64,000 nucleotides of DNA, from contig OX597815.1 in NCBI GenBank assembly GCA_951406725.2, positions 150,164,001 through 150,228,000 of the forward strand, read 5' to 3'. The stretch comes from Octopus vulgaris. Lineage: Eukaryota. Under the pieces are notes generated by a model. The model was given only the letters and a program-made list of their open reading frames with translations, did no database searches and was not told the DNA's origin. The position numbers and the translations under genes were made by a program. Shown piece by piece: positions 27,708 through 40,584 of the stretch (positions within the stretch are counted from its first letter, which is position 1; each line of letters starts with the position of its first letter).

Positions 27708-28939
27708 CATAATATATATATAAGTATATGCAAATATGTATGTGTATGCATATTTGTGTTATATATGTATGTATAATACATAATATATATGAGTAAAATA
27801 TGTTTGTTCCCTTGTGTGTGTGCGTACGTGTGTATGCGTGAGTGTGTGTGCGTACGTATGTGTGTGTATGTGTTTGTGTGTCTGTGTCTGTGTTTTAACT
27901 TCTACTCACGTATTTGTTAACCTAAGGTTATTGTCGATGACACTTGCTCAAATTCCCGCGCTATGGGGCCAGACATTGAATAACATTACTATAAATCAAA
28001 CAGTCTACCCACACAGCTATGACTACGCAGAGATACACATGCCTATTTGTTGTAGTTATTTTTTTGTTAAACAACAATATTTTGTTTCGTTTATTTATCG
28101 TTCTTATTTAGTTAATATCAGCTCTGAACTACCAATATATTTAATGTTTTCATCGTAGTTAGGTAGTTAGTTGCATGCGTTTTAAAATATTTTCAATGTC
28201 TCTCACCAACTGTAAATAGTCTCATCTTTCTTCTTCTCGTCTACACATTAAAATTTCTCTAATTTCAATATGGTGCTTCGTTTGTTTTGTTGTTTTTTTA
28301 TTTCTGTTCTGTGATAATGTCTTTTATGCAGCACCAACCTTTTCCTGTATCACATAGCTTCCTAACCAATACACTATCAACACAATGCAAAATACAAAAC
28401 ACAAAACAAATATAAAATACTTTAAATAAACTAATTTAAAACAAGCAAAAGCGTTTCGTTTTTATTTTTTCAATTATTTTTTTTTTTTCATAAATTTTCT
28501 TCTTAACCTTTCTTCGGAGTCTTCGGTTTGTTTACAGATGTGGCTCTGTACTGGACATTGTTACCGACCTACACACCACCCCCTCCAGAGTGGAACGCAT
28601 TTAATGTCTTGGTTGCTAAGATACTAATGTATGAAAGAAAATCGATCAGTCAACAGCTTTCCAAATTCCTCAAATATTAGGCGTATCGATACAAAACATG
28701 TCTAAACAATTAGGAAACAATTTAGTTACAACAATCTTTTAACGAGATGATGATGGGGAGGAGGAGGCGGAGGACGAGGAGAAGGAGGAAGCAGATAACC
28801 ATCATCACCAGCAGCAAATGCAAGAACAGCAGCAATATAGTGATGACAATAGCAAAAATAATAATCTTAATTGTATCGACAACGATGTTCGTGATATAAC
28901 ATTAAACTGTTGCGTCCACTCTTAGATATACATACTTTC

Positions 28940-28970
<31 letters not shown>

Positions 28971-29043
28971 CGTGTTCACACACATATATACATATATATA
29001 CACATACATACATACAGATATATGTACGTACGTACAGGAAAGT

Positions 29044-29376
29044 ACAGTTCTATATTTAAGAGATGAGGAATTATGTACATTATTTACATTTGACGGATAT
29101 TTGTCCACATCTTGTTGGTTGTTAACACACCGTTTCGGCTGATATACTCTCCAGCCTTCATCTGGTGTCTTGGGGAAATTTCGAACCTAGGTTCTCATTC
29201 CTTAGGTATTTTTCGATGTTCTTCTTCTTCTGATTATTATTATTATTATTATTAATATTATTATTATTATTCATTTCACTGCCTAAAATGGAACTCGGAA
29301 TCTTGAGGTTAGTAGCCCGCGCTCTTAACCACTACGCCATACGGCCGTCAAATGTAAATGATGTAAATAATGTACA
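29044..29376 (-). mobile_element. tRNA-headed element with hammerhead-like motif (family F1), copy 1
   Basis: Minus strand: A-box tggcgtagtgg and B-box-like gagttccatttt (29271-29341), (AAT)n, then acac CAGATGA A GGCTG..CAGCC GAAA CG GT gtgt (29125-29168). An inverted copy of 29074-29096 lies at 29345-29376. Confidence 0.75.
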
Positions 29377-30539
29377 CGATAGTAGTCGCACCACTCATTT
29401 GAGAAAACAATTTTTTGTCTATTAACTGGATTGAAAGCCGTATCTGGAGAGCGTTACATAATATTATAAGCGAGTTCTTTAATCTACTGTTTATCCTCGA
29501 ACATAGCCTTAGCCACTTGTAACGCAAAAATGCCTTGGTGTGTATATTTTTCAACGAACATGTTCCAGTCGACTGTGTTTAGCCCTTGGTCGGTACTGGT
29601 CAGTAGGATTTATTATAAAAGACCTTTCATCCGGCACAGATCCAACTGCTTTCCTTATTATATTATGACATAATGTGGTTTGATTCGGGTTGTAGACGGA
29701 ATGGACTGATAAATGTTTCGTTATTGATGCATCTAAGTGAGTATATTAAGTCACAAACCTGAATTCTATCGTTTTAAACAATGCACATACACTACCAGAT
29801 TATCAAACAATATTATACATGTAAATATCCTTTCTAATCTATTAAACACGTAATTGTTTTTTGAAATATTAGTGTAGCTCTCATTTCAAGCATATAAATT
29901 ATTTCTTTAAAATAATATATTCTTCTTAAATTGTTGATTTATTTCCTCTGTATAAAATGAAACAAATAATTTTAGAACTTAAGATTAAAATACTCTTTAA
30001 ATTCTTTACGTTGTTTAAAATCATTATTTGTTTTTGTTTTTGTAAATTAGCCGATTGCGTGCGAAAACAAGTGAGAGACAAAGAATAAATCTCTAAACAC
30101 AAATATATTATTATATAGTTTTATATATTATTTTTATTAAGTATATTAACATTTATTTCCAAATTATGAAAATCCTAAACTTATTATGGATATCTGTGTT
30201 TTTTTTTAACATGTAATTACTTTCGTATTATCGTTTTGCACTCAACTTAACGGAAACTGGCTCCTATTTTACATTATAACACACTTGAGAAGCTTTCAAT
30301 ATAAAATACATTAACTAAGAAAAGGAAAATTAAGTTATTATAAGATATAATGCTACTCCTATAGAGAAATTTTCGTTCTCAGTCCTATGGATTACAGCTC
30401 TCAGCTGCGGTCACATCATAGCGTCGAACTGATGGCAGACGTTGTGGTATTCCAGCGCCGCTACACAAAGAGGATTGATTCGGTGAAACAGATGAACTAA
30501 TTGGGATGGGGAGGGGGTAAATGAACTGAAGCTCTATTA

Positions 30540-30766
30540 AAGGTAAAGTTACCACTTGGAGTCATACCGACTCACAATAGCCGATTTCCGTATATATTCC
30601 CCACCTGGACGGGATGCCGATCCTTAACGGGATTACTCAATTTCGGCAGCTGAGTGAACTGGAGAAACGTGAAATGAAGAGCTCAAGAATACAACGCATC
30701 ACCCGGTCCAGGAATCGAAACCACAATCTTGAGTCCAACCCTCTAACCATTAAGCCACGCGCCTCC
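30540..30766 (-). mobile_element. tRNA-derived CORE-type SINE with alternative tail
   Basis: Head ggaggcgcgtggcttaatgg, B-box gtttcgattcc, ccagttcactcagctg; tail ends tttaccttt. Related copy at 45505-45712. Confidence 0.75.
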
Positions 30767-30799
30767 ACACCGACACTCTATTCCCTAGAGTGAAGGCGT

Positions 30800-31208
30800 G
30801 AAAGATATACAGTGTTATACATATGGAAGTTCATAAAATGATTAGCTCCCAAATTTTGAATTGAAAGTTAAAGCAACTATTAAAATGGATGATGCTACAT
30901 AGTAACAAAGATCTCATCTTGTCTATCTAGAATAACTATAAAGTACTGTGGTATCTTGGTTTTCAAGGGTCCATAACTATTCAACTTTCTACTAAGAAAC
31001 CTCAGAGATTCGCGAGGTCTTCAATGAGCGTCTGGACAAAATTTCATCTAAAATATCAGATGAAACCACATCATGCCAGGAGGTAAGAAGAAGAAAAACT
31101 CGCTACTTCACCAAAAGCAGTAAAGGAAAGAGACCCAAACATACTGAAAGGCAGTGCTCTAGCATGGCCTCAGCCTCTCACTGAAACCAGTAACAGATAA
31201 AAGATAAA
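30800..31208 (+). mobile_element. CR1-like LINE 3' fragment
   Basis: FKGP*LFNFLLRNLRD..VFNERLDKISSKISDETTSCQE; tail gtgctctagcatggcc..ctgaaaccagtaacagataaaagat. Confidence 0.65.
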
Positions 31209-31556
31209 TGCTGCATAGCATACGAATTATAAAATATATCAGATTGTGGTCAGAAACTCTAATCAATGCGATGCTGCCAATAAAAGTTTAAAGCGTTCGC
31301 CAAATTAATTTCACGCAATTTGAACCTAGGAATACAGAATCAAAGCATACCAACAACACATTGTAGCAAAATGCATATACTCTGGGCAATTGAAGTGAGA
31401 ACGTTAACAAAAGTGAGAACGGTTTTATCGTTACGTCTGGCGATTACTACTACACCGCGCATGCAAAGTGTACAAATTTTACAAAACAAAAGCATTTCTC
31501 TGTTGTTGTTTTTTATATTTGGCAATAGTGATACACAGAGTAAGTTCCACACTTAA

Positions 31557-32241
31557 CCCATTAACTACCAAATTTTTAAATTCATATTTTTTGGTTTTGC
31601 CCGGTGTTTTAGAAGTTAAAATAATATACAAGGTGCCCCCAAACTAGGTTTACAGTTATCACGTTGGCACTTCATATTTCTTTTAAAACATTTTATTACA
31701 TTTCAGTTTTTATATTACAATTAACTGAATTAGCATAGAATAATGGTTTCATTTTTTTTTTACAAATAATATCTAAACTGTTAATATATGAATGCGAAAG
31801 GGATAGCTGAATAACTGTAAGACCTCCGTTTGGGCCACCCTATAAAATATTTAAATTTTCTTCATATGTGAATTATTTTGGAAATTATGATAAATTTTTC
31901 GAAAAGTCCCAAATAGGGAACGCTGAAAAAGAACATATTTATCCTTTTCTATTTAATAGTAATAATAAACAATTTTGGTTTTCTTGAAACTATAGTATCA
32001 AATGCGAATGTGTATGAAATATCAATGAATGATACAGATGGGAAATGCAAGAAGAAAAAACAACGTTTTCAAAGCAGTCATATTTTTGAAGTTCAAAACG
32101 TGCAATTTATGACATTAAATGTCCTCTAGAATTAGCCTGGCAAACTTTAACTACTAAACATTCATTTTAAATACAACGAACAGCGAGCAGTGAGACTGTA
32201 TTTTAGCAGATCCCCAAATGGGGCTCATGGCAGGCAATGGG
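31557..32241. mobile_element. piggyBac-like non-autonomous element
   Basis: TTAA|CCCATTAACTACCA ... TGGCAGGCAATGGG|TTAA (TIR 11/14 match), with internal repeated cccaaa...gg motifs. Confidence 0.6.
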
Positions 32242-32959
32242 TTAAACAAGTTCCAAGTACTGGTGTTGATTTTCTCAACTAAAGATCCCTCAAGTTGTTG
32301 CTCCAGAATGACCGTAGTTTATGATTGAAACATTTAAATGTTAAAACGGTATTTAAATAATCAATTTTTCATAATTCTCTGATTATATCGTATAATTAAA
32401 TATAATTTTCGTGAATTTTTAGTTTGCCCAAACATGTTGTTCCACCTTCCCTTTTTAATTAATAAAAATTATTTTTTGTCCTGTTTAACATTTTGTAATA
32501 TTACTCTAAATTTTTTCATCTTTTTACACAATGAACAGTTTCTGGGGTCAATGAATAGAAATTCTTATTTCTTCTCTGCTCCTGCTTCTTCTTCAGGTAA
32601 TTATTATTATTGTCGAATTTTCAGTGAAGGAGGCCACGAATCCCTTACAGGAACCGATAGTACCGAGTAACATATTCCCGCAAACTACTGGCTAAGAGTC
32701 TAAATTCCAATCAACTATTGCTGGTGAAATGCGGATGGTAGTTTGCAGAAACTGTAGAGCAAAGAAAGATGCAGTGGGCTTTTTTGTTCCAGCTCCTTTT
32801 TACTCCGAGTTCTAATACAGCCAATGTGAACTTTGCTTTTCATCCTTAAGCCTTCGATAAAATAAATTAGCAGCTGAATGTTGAGGATCATGGAATTGAT
32901 TGAATGCCTCTTCTCAAAACTCTTGCTCTTGTGTTTAAATAAAAAAAAAACATTATTAT

Positions 32960-33250
32960 AGATAATTGCTACATGAAAGGTATAAGCCATTTGAAAACAC
33001 AAAACCCGCTAGATTCACTTCAACATTTAAATATAATTAGTTAAAATATTTTAGCTCTGAAACCGCGACCTGTTCCCTAATAAAATTCCGTGATGCAGCG
33101 ACGAAAATATTTTGACAAATCAAATTTGAATGAAGTGAATCTAACGGTTTTTACGTGTTTTTAAACGTCTTATAAACCACGACGCAATTTTGTTTTGTTT
33201 CCGCTCACGCTCTCAGATCGTCACTTTCTATGCAAGTACATCTCCGTAAT
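32960..33250 (+). mobile_element. Family F2 fold-back repeat, copy 2
   Basis: Same sequence and same 3' end (gtacatctccgtaat) as 7807-8087, but with a different inversion junction. Confidence 0.75.
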
Positions 33251-33574
33251 TATTATACATGCTAATTACAAGTAAAATTATTCACGAATTAGTTGGATTG
33301 TTAAAGTGTAGAACACAATGCATTGCCGTTTTCTTTCCGGGTCTTTTCATCCTAAGTTGGAATGCCTCCGTGCTTAAGTTTAGTTTCATTCATCTGGGAT
33401 CAATAAAATAAAATAGTCATTAAATACTGGGGCGGATGTAATCGGGTGTTCCCTTCACATCGAATTTCTGATCTTGTGTCTTTGTAAAGAATCACTTATT
33501 ACTTATTTTGTATTATGTCCTATGGACTTGTGTGGATAATCAATGCTAATTAATTAATATTTCGATAATGATAA

Positions 33575-34030
33575 AGCGGCGAACTGATAAATTTGTTAAC
33601 ATGCCGAACAAATGCTTAGCAGCATTTCGTCAGTTTTTACGCTCTGAGTTCAAATTCAGACGAGGTTGATTTTGCCTTTCATCCTCTCGGGATCGATGAA
33701 ATAAGTACCAGTTGTGTGTTGGAGTCGATGTAATTGACTAGTCCCCTCGCCCAAAATTTTAGGTCTTGTCCGTCTCGTAGAAAGGATTATTGTTATTATT
33801 CTTTTCTACTCGAGGCACAAGGCCCGAAATTTTAGGGAACGGGGTCGGTCGACTAGATCGACCGCAGTACACAGAACGTAAAGTCGAGCTGACTTCAAAT
33901 TCCGCCGAGGTCGACCTTGCCTTTCATCCTTTCGCGGTCGATAATTTAAGTACCAGTGGAATACTGGAGGCTATGTAACCGACTAGACTCCTCCCCCAAA
34001 ATTTCAAGGCTTTCTGCCTTCAATAGAAAG
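33575..34030 (+). mobile_element. Nin/Deu SINE copies (one full, one partial, plus a short minus fragment)
   Basis: gagttcaaattc, gcctttcatcct, agtaccag, and tails ending agaaaggattatt. Confidence 0.8.
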
Positions 34031-34050
34031 GATTATTATTCGTATTATCC

Positions 34051-34097
<47 letters not shown>

Positions 34098-34198
34098 GTT
34101 ATTATTATTATTATTAATATTATTATCATTATTATTATTTTATCATTATTATGAATATTATTATTATTGACACAATTATTATTATCATTACTATTATT

Positions 34199-34752
34199 GA
34201 GTGAGAGAGCAGTGCATGCCATCAAAGTGACACTGGGGTAAAATATACGAAGCCCACTGTAACCATCATGACTACCCGTCTGATAAGGGTACACCAGGCA
34301 CATGCATCACAACCGTATGTGCGTGACATGTTGATCTCATATCAAGATAAATAGCGCATGAACTTGCAGATGGGGCCCAGTTAGAATTTTCTTCTGTTTG
34401 AGTAACCCATCCCGCTTAAAAGGGCCCCGAATAAGGATTATTTAAGTATGTTGAACGAACCACCCATGTTTCCAAAGTTGAATTATCCAAACCTCCAAGA
34501 ATTCCGTTTAACACACGGCTACGATGCACCTCCATTACGTATGCTTGTGATCAGATATGCACATATCTTCAGCCACTACGGGACATGTTCAACTGGTTAT
34601 GGTCACACAACTGACTAGCAAATCTGTGGTATTGAGCAGAATATTTGCTGTAGCCGCTCTTTTATACCAAGACAAAACAATATACATGATAACACTTTCA
34701 ATCAGTGAAGATCAGGAGGCATGAGAGCCACCGCCTGGTACTACATCAGGGC
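34199..34752 (-). mobile_element. ~550-bp TAA-embedded non-coding element, copy 1
   Basis: Reverse complement of 41128-41648 and 44143-44642. Flanked by (ATT)n and (TCT/ACT/ATT)n tracts. True polarity unknown. Confidence 0.8.
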
Positions 34753-34868
34753 ATTTCTTCTTCTTCTTCTTCTTCTTCTTCTTCTTCTTCTTCTTCTTCT
34801 TCTTCTTCTTTTTTTTTTTTTTCTACTACTACTACTACTAATCATTATTATTATTATTATTATTATTA

Positions 34869-34906
<38 letters not shown>

Positions 34907-35742
34907 GTTGTTGTTGTTGTTGTTGTCGCTGTTGTTATAATTATAGGTCTTTGTTGTTGTTTTAGTTAGCAATAAGCGAAATCCCAGTTTCGATTTTTCT
35001 TTTGCGCACTTTTATTTTCACAACTAATGCTACCACGTCTGTAAACGAGGTGACTGTAAGTATGTAACCAGAAATAGTGCCAGAAAATAAAATTCTGTAT
35101 AAACTTTTATAACTTTTTATTGTATAGCTTTTAATTCTGTTGGCAGAATCAAGAATTTACAAAACATTTCATATTTACTTATTTATTCATTTATTTCTTC
35201 GTATATCTGATTTTACAGTAAAAGCATTGATTCATTCCGTTTGATTTCTTCAACATTTCCCACTATTTCATTTAGCTATGCGTAGCTAAAAACCAATCCT
35301 TCCGCCTTATGTGTTCTGCTGTTCATTAGGATACATAAGAAGGCACTTAAATTGCCTTAAAAATGCACATAGCCTGCAGCATTTTCATTTTCACTGAATA
35401 CATTAGAGAGTGTGAAAGTTTTGTATTTACCATTGAAGAATGTGAAACATTAAGATGAATCAATACCGCAGATAATATTCTAATCACTTGAATCAACAAA
35501 ATCACAAATTTTCAACAAGCCCACATCTTCACCGTCATTTTTAGTTTTAGCATTCGTTTAAGTCTTCCTTTGTATTTTATTGTGTTTTGTTGGGAATCGT
35601 CATTACGTTTCTGGAATTAGAGCATTCAAACGAAAAATGGAAAGATTATGAAATATACCTGTGCCTGAGTGGAAGCGTTATAAATACCTACTTCTAATAC
35701 ATGAATATATGTGTGTATGTGTGTGCATTTATATGTAGATAC

Positions 35743-35854
<112 letters not shown>

Positions 35855-36467
35855 ATATATATATATATGCATATTTATAGATCGATAAATAGATATAGAT
35901 AAATACATTTATATAGAGACGAACATATACGGAGACATATGTATGCATATAACAATGTATGCGTATATATATACACTTATGTATGCATGTATATATATAT
36001 ATATATACTTATATATATATGCATTAGTACATATATATGTGTGTGTATAGATAGATATATAGATAGATTGTGATTGTGTGTATGTGTATAAGGAGTGGGA
36101 ATGTCTGATGAATGCAAAAACTTGAATAGCAAGAACGGCTGGAGGCGAATTTTAAAAATTGATGAGGGTTTGTTAATGTGTTTTGTTTCTATTTCGTTTT
36201 TGTTTTTTGTTTTTTAATATCCGCCACAAAACATTATAGTTGTCGAGTTGGATCTATAACGAAATTTATTCAATCTTGATTGGAACTGACTCGATTTAAG
36301 TTTAGCACGAGATAAAGAAAGTTGATTACTTAGACTTGACTATACAGTGGTAAAGAGTGGTAAAAATCAATGGTTTATAACAAATCTTAGTTTTCCGAGT
36401 GTTTCCAGCATGAAAAAGTAGGGCATTTGATGCATGTGTATAAATATGTATATACATATGTGTGTGC

Positions 36468-36561
<94 letters not shown>

Positions 36562-36691
36562 GTGTGTGCGTGTGTACGTATGTGTATGTATATATATATA
36601 TGTGTGTGTATATATATATATATATATGGGTGTACATATATATACTCATACATATATATGTAAACACACACACATACATATATAGATATAT

Positions 36692-36737
<46 letters not shown>

Positions 36738-36818
36738 TGGTTGATAGATAGGCGCATGCCTGGCTGTGTGGTAAAAAGCTTGCTTCCTGACCACATGTCA
36801 TGTTTCCCGGTTTAGTCG

Positions 36819-36860
<42 letters not shown>

Positions 36861-38469
36861 CTGTATATGTGTAAATAAACACTCACACACGTATATATAT
36901 GTGTAAGAAATTACTGTCGACAAGACTACGTGGCGTTTGATTAAAAATTTTAAAATATACAAACAATACACATTAAGTTCTGGACATCACCAGCGACTGA
37001 AAATTACGTAAACAATACGAGAGATAATTACAGGAGAATATACCATAAGAAGATAACTCGCTCGTCAGTTGTCGACTGTTTTACTGCTATCTATTTTGTG
37101 CTTTTAATGAGATAAAAGAAGGATTTCATCCACAAATTTTGAAAATATAAAACTTGTGGAGAATTAGGTCTTCGAACGAACAAACAACAACAAAGTTGAC
37201 GAACAAAGTAAACAATCGACGAAGACAAACAGTATGTCCTTTAGGCCAAGATGACATGTAATGGATAACGCCTGGGAAAAATTTTTTTAAGGAAATAGCA
37301 TAAAGAGGAGAGAAGAAAATAGTGGAAGAGAAGAAAATGACGGCAGGTGAGAGAAATGACGTCCAGCCCGATGAATGTATTATCTAGAAAAGACAGGGTT
37401 GGAACAAAGGACCTGTAGTCACGTGTAAGCAACATGCGGTAAGCGGGACAGAGAGAGGATAAGGGAACGAAACAAAGGAAGTGAGGAGAAGGGAGAATGA
37501 ACGAAAGATTTTAGGAAGTGGGAGAAAAATAGGGGACAGCAAAGAAGGAGAAAATGGATAAAATAGAGGATTACAGAGGGAAAGAGAGAAAGAAAGAAAG
37601 CAGTGTAATAAAGAGAGTCTCTTTACTAATTCGTTGGATACAGGTTGTATCGTCACTGAATTTCTAGAGGGGAGAAATTCTGAAGCTTGGATTGTTGTTA
37701 TTGGCGCAAATATATGTGTTGGCTGAATGCTATTTTTCTGCTTTTGGTAATTTTGAACTGTTACCATATATATATATATATATATATGGTAACAGGTATA
37801 GGTAGTAATTGGAAATATAAATGAGAAACAGAAATAGTATGTGTAAAGGACTGATTAAATCTCTGAGAAAGGATATGATATATTAGTGACGTGGAATATA
37901 ATTACAGAGGAAACTCTAAGTAAAGATGATGAACATTTATATCCTACTGAATGTCACTTAAAAGGATGGCATTTCGATCATACCTGTCAACATTTGTCAA
38001 CTTATAAATATAGAATATCGTGCCAATGAAGAATATCAAACGAAGTGTTATTTGACTTCATATGTTGTACTCAAAATGATGTGCAGTTGTATGTGTGTTG
38101 CTGTGGGTTTCGCAAGTTGTCACTTCACCACGCAAATTGTCACTTCACTATTGTCGCTTTATTTTATTTCATTTTATTGCGAACACCTTCATCTTTCGTT
38201 TTCACAGCGACTGGGCTGGAGGATGGCTTTCACTGATTTTAGTCGCACAAATCAACCACAGTACATGATAAGTCGTCTTGTCACACCATTATTTAACCTG
38301 TCCGTAACGCTTCCACGCGGTTAGTTGAAGTGGAAGGGATAGGAGGGGATGGAAGTATGGGAAGGGGAGGAAGGAGAGGAGACTATTGAAGGGGAAGCAT
38401 GGGGGAGATTGCAGATATAGGGGAGAGGGGATAGGCTGGTGAGTGAAACGTGTAATTTTTTCACCTATC

Positions 38470-39741
38470 TCTCCAAATAGAGAAGAACTGGACGGAGGTA
38501 TTGAGCAGGGTGCTTGCAGTAGTCAAGACCTGGTCTTGGCAGTGGTTATCCCTGAAAGAGAGAGCGGAGGTGGCCAATGTGTTTATCACATCGGCCATTA
38601 CCTACCCCCTGACCGTCGTGCCCTGTTCGGATTCGTGGTTGATCAGGTTGGAGAGACAACTCTTTCGGTTTTTGGGGAAAGGCAGGTCGCCACTTGCGAA
38701 ACGCTCTGTCTGTTGTCAAAAGCCGTTTAGGGATGCCTTGGTTAATGATGCGCAGGCATGCGTTGAGGTTAAGGCATCTCTGGATGCTCCCGAGTTCAAA
38801 AGTTTTTGCGAACAAGAAGCCTGGCGTTTTCGTAAGACCGAGGTCGAGTGAATAGCATAAAGAGTGCCGTAAGGCCGTCCTGTTGTTCCGGCGCTCGGGC
38901 AACGCCAGAGGTGGGGGTTCTACACGAATTTTATATAGTGGGTTGGTAGAGTCTGAATGTGACGATGGCCTGGGGGCGACTCTTGGTCTCGGATATATTC
39001 AACTGGACAGCCTTTTCCATCGTACATTCCGGTTGAGAACGTCGGACAACTTTTAAAAGACCTTAACCTGGCAATGTTACATAGGTTCCTTACCCATTTG
39101 GGATAAGCTCGCAAGACATGGTAAACGTCAGTCTCTGACCTGTCCAAGATGCGGGGGACACAGGGAAACCGTCCCTCACGCTATTGTCCAGTGAACGGAG
39201 ATATCTGAAATGTGGGCTGTCGACTGAGTCAATTATCAAACTTGACCCACCGCAAGTTTTAACAAACGAAGGTAATAATTATTTTTTCACGGTTGTAGCA
39301 ATAGTGAAAGAAGCAGAGTGAAAGACTAGGATAAAACGCATTAAGACAAGCAACTTTATCTCCGGTCACGATTTGCGATCATCTTTTACTTTTCATTTGA
39401 AAAGGAAGGTGTTACTGGAGAAGAGGTGTCTTCGGGGTGTACTTTCCTAAAGAGATGGAAGCATGTTGCACGAATGTTGTGCGTTCAAGGAACCATGTGC
39501 ATAGGCTATAAAAGAAGAACAAAATAAATGTACCAGCGATAGATCGGGGCTTGTGGGGTCGGAGCGTGGCTTGATCATCGCTTCATTTGTTTCGTCTCTG
39601 TATTGTTAATTTCATTCAATTTCTTTATATTTTATATAATATTTATATTCATATTTTATGTAAAATCATAACATATTATTGATCCCAATCAATTGATTTG
39701 TTCATGTCTGGGCTTGGCCCCCTGTGGGCAAAAAAGAAATT
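38470..39741 (+). mobile_element. 5'-truncated L1/Tx1-clade LINE remnant
   Basis: LQIEKNWTEVLSRV..WSWQWLSLKERAEVANVF..Y.LTVVPC..LERQLFRFL.KG..RSVCCQKP, zinc knuckle CPRCGGHRETVPHAIVQ* (~39140-39194), T-rich 3' UTR ending gccccctgtgggcaaaaaagaaatt. Confidence 0.82.
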
Positions 39742-39912
39742 GGTATTTCGCCTGTCTTTACGCTCTGAGTTCAAATTCCGCCGCAGTCGACTTTGCCTTT
39801 CATCCTTTCAGAGTCGATCAATTAAGTACCAGCTGCGTACTAGGATCGATCTAATCGACTATCCCCCTCCCCAAAAATTTTGGGCCCTGTGCCTACAACA
39901 GAAACGAATATT
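39742..39912 (+). mobile_element. Nin/Deu SINE lacking its first ~45 nt
   Basis: Starts at ggtatttcg immediately after the LINE 3' end; B-box, core and type A tail present. Confidence 0.88.
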
Positions 39913-40198
39913 CAATTCAGTAATCTCGGAGAAGTACACCACATTGTACCAATTCATAGTATGTCATATTTGTAGTTTCATTTTGATAATTAAGATCGTT
40001 ACAAAATGAAAACTACACTAAATTGCAACAAAGCAGTTTGGGGTTCGGTTCAACGTCCCTACCATTAGTTTCAAATATATTAATGTCTTCTGGGTGACTT
40101 TCTTAAATGGCAACTGTATGGAAACGCGGTAATATTTCGAAGACCAAGCATATATATTGCGAGCATAAGCCTATTTCTATGCAGCAATATTACTCGTG

Positions 40199-40584
40199 AG
40201 TGGAAGTGCAATAGCCCAGTAATTAGGGCAGCGGGCTCACGATCATAGGATCACAGTTTCGATTCCCAGAACGGGCGTTGTGAGTGTTTATTGAGCGAAA
40301 ACACTTAAAGCTCCACGAGGCTCCGGTAGGCGGGGGGTGGGGGCAAACCCTGCTGTACTCTTTCACCACAACTTTCTCTCATTCTGTCTTCCTCTTTCTG
40401 TTGTACCTGTATTTCAAAGGGCTAGCCTTGTCACATTCTGTGTCACGCTGAATCTCCCCCGAGAACTACGTTAAGGGTATATGTGTCTGTGGAGTGATCA
40501 GCCACTTACACGTTAATTTCACGAGCAGGCTGTTCCGTTGATTGGATCAACTGTAACCCTCGTCGTCGTAACCGACGAAGTGCC
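40199..40584 (+). mobile_element. Full-length tRNA-derived SINE with TSD
   Basis: A-box-like tagcccagtaa, B-box gtttcgattcc; TSD gcagcaatattactcgtg (40181-40198) / gcagtaaaattactcgtg (40585-40602). Confidence 0.85.

Noticed and set aside
28745-28870. Acidic/Gln/His-rich coding-like stretch
   Set aside because: Mixed trinucleotide low-complexity sequence without splice signals or a domain.
36960-37660. Purine-rich block, possibly Penelope-related (also 25985-26400 and 38330-38440)
   Set aside because: No second copy, ORF motif or complete ribozyme visible in the window; left unclassified.
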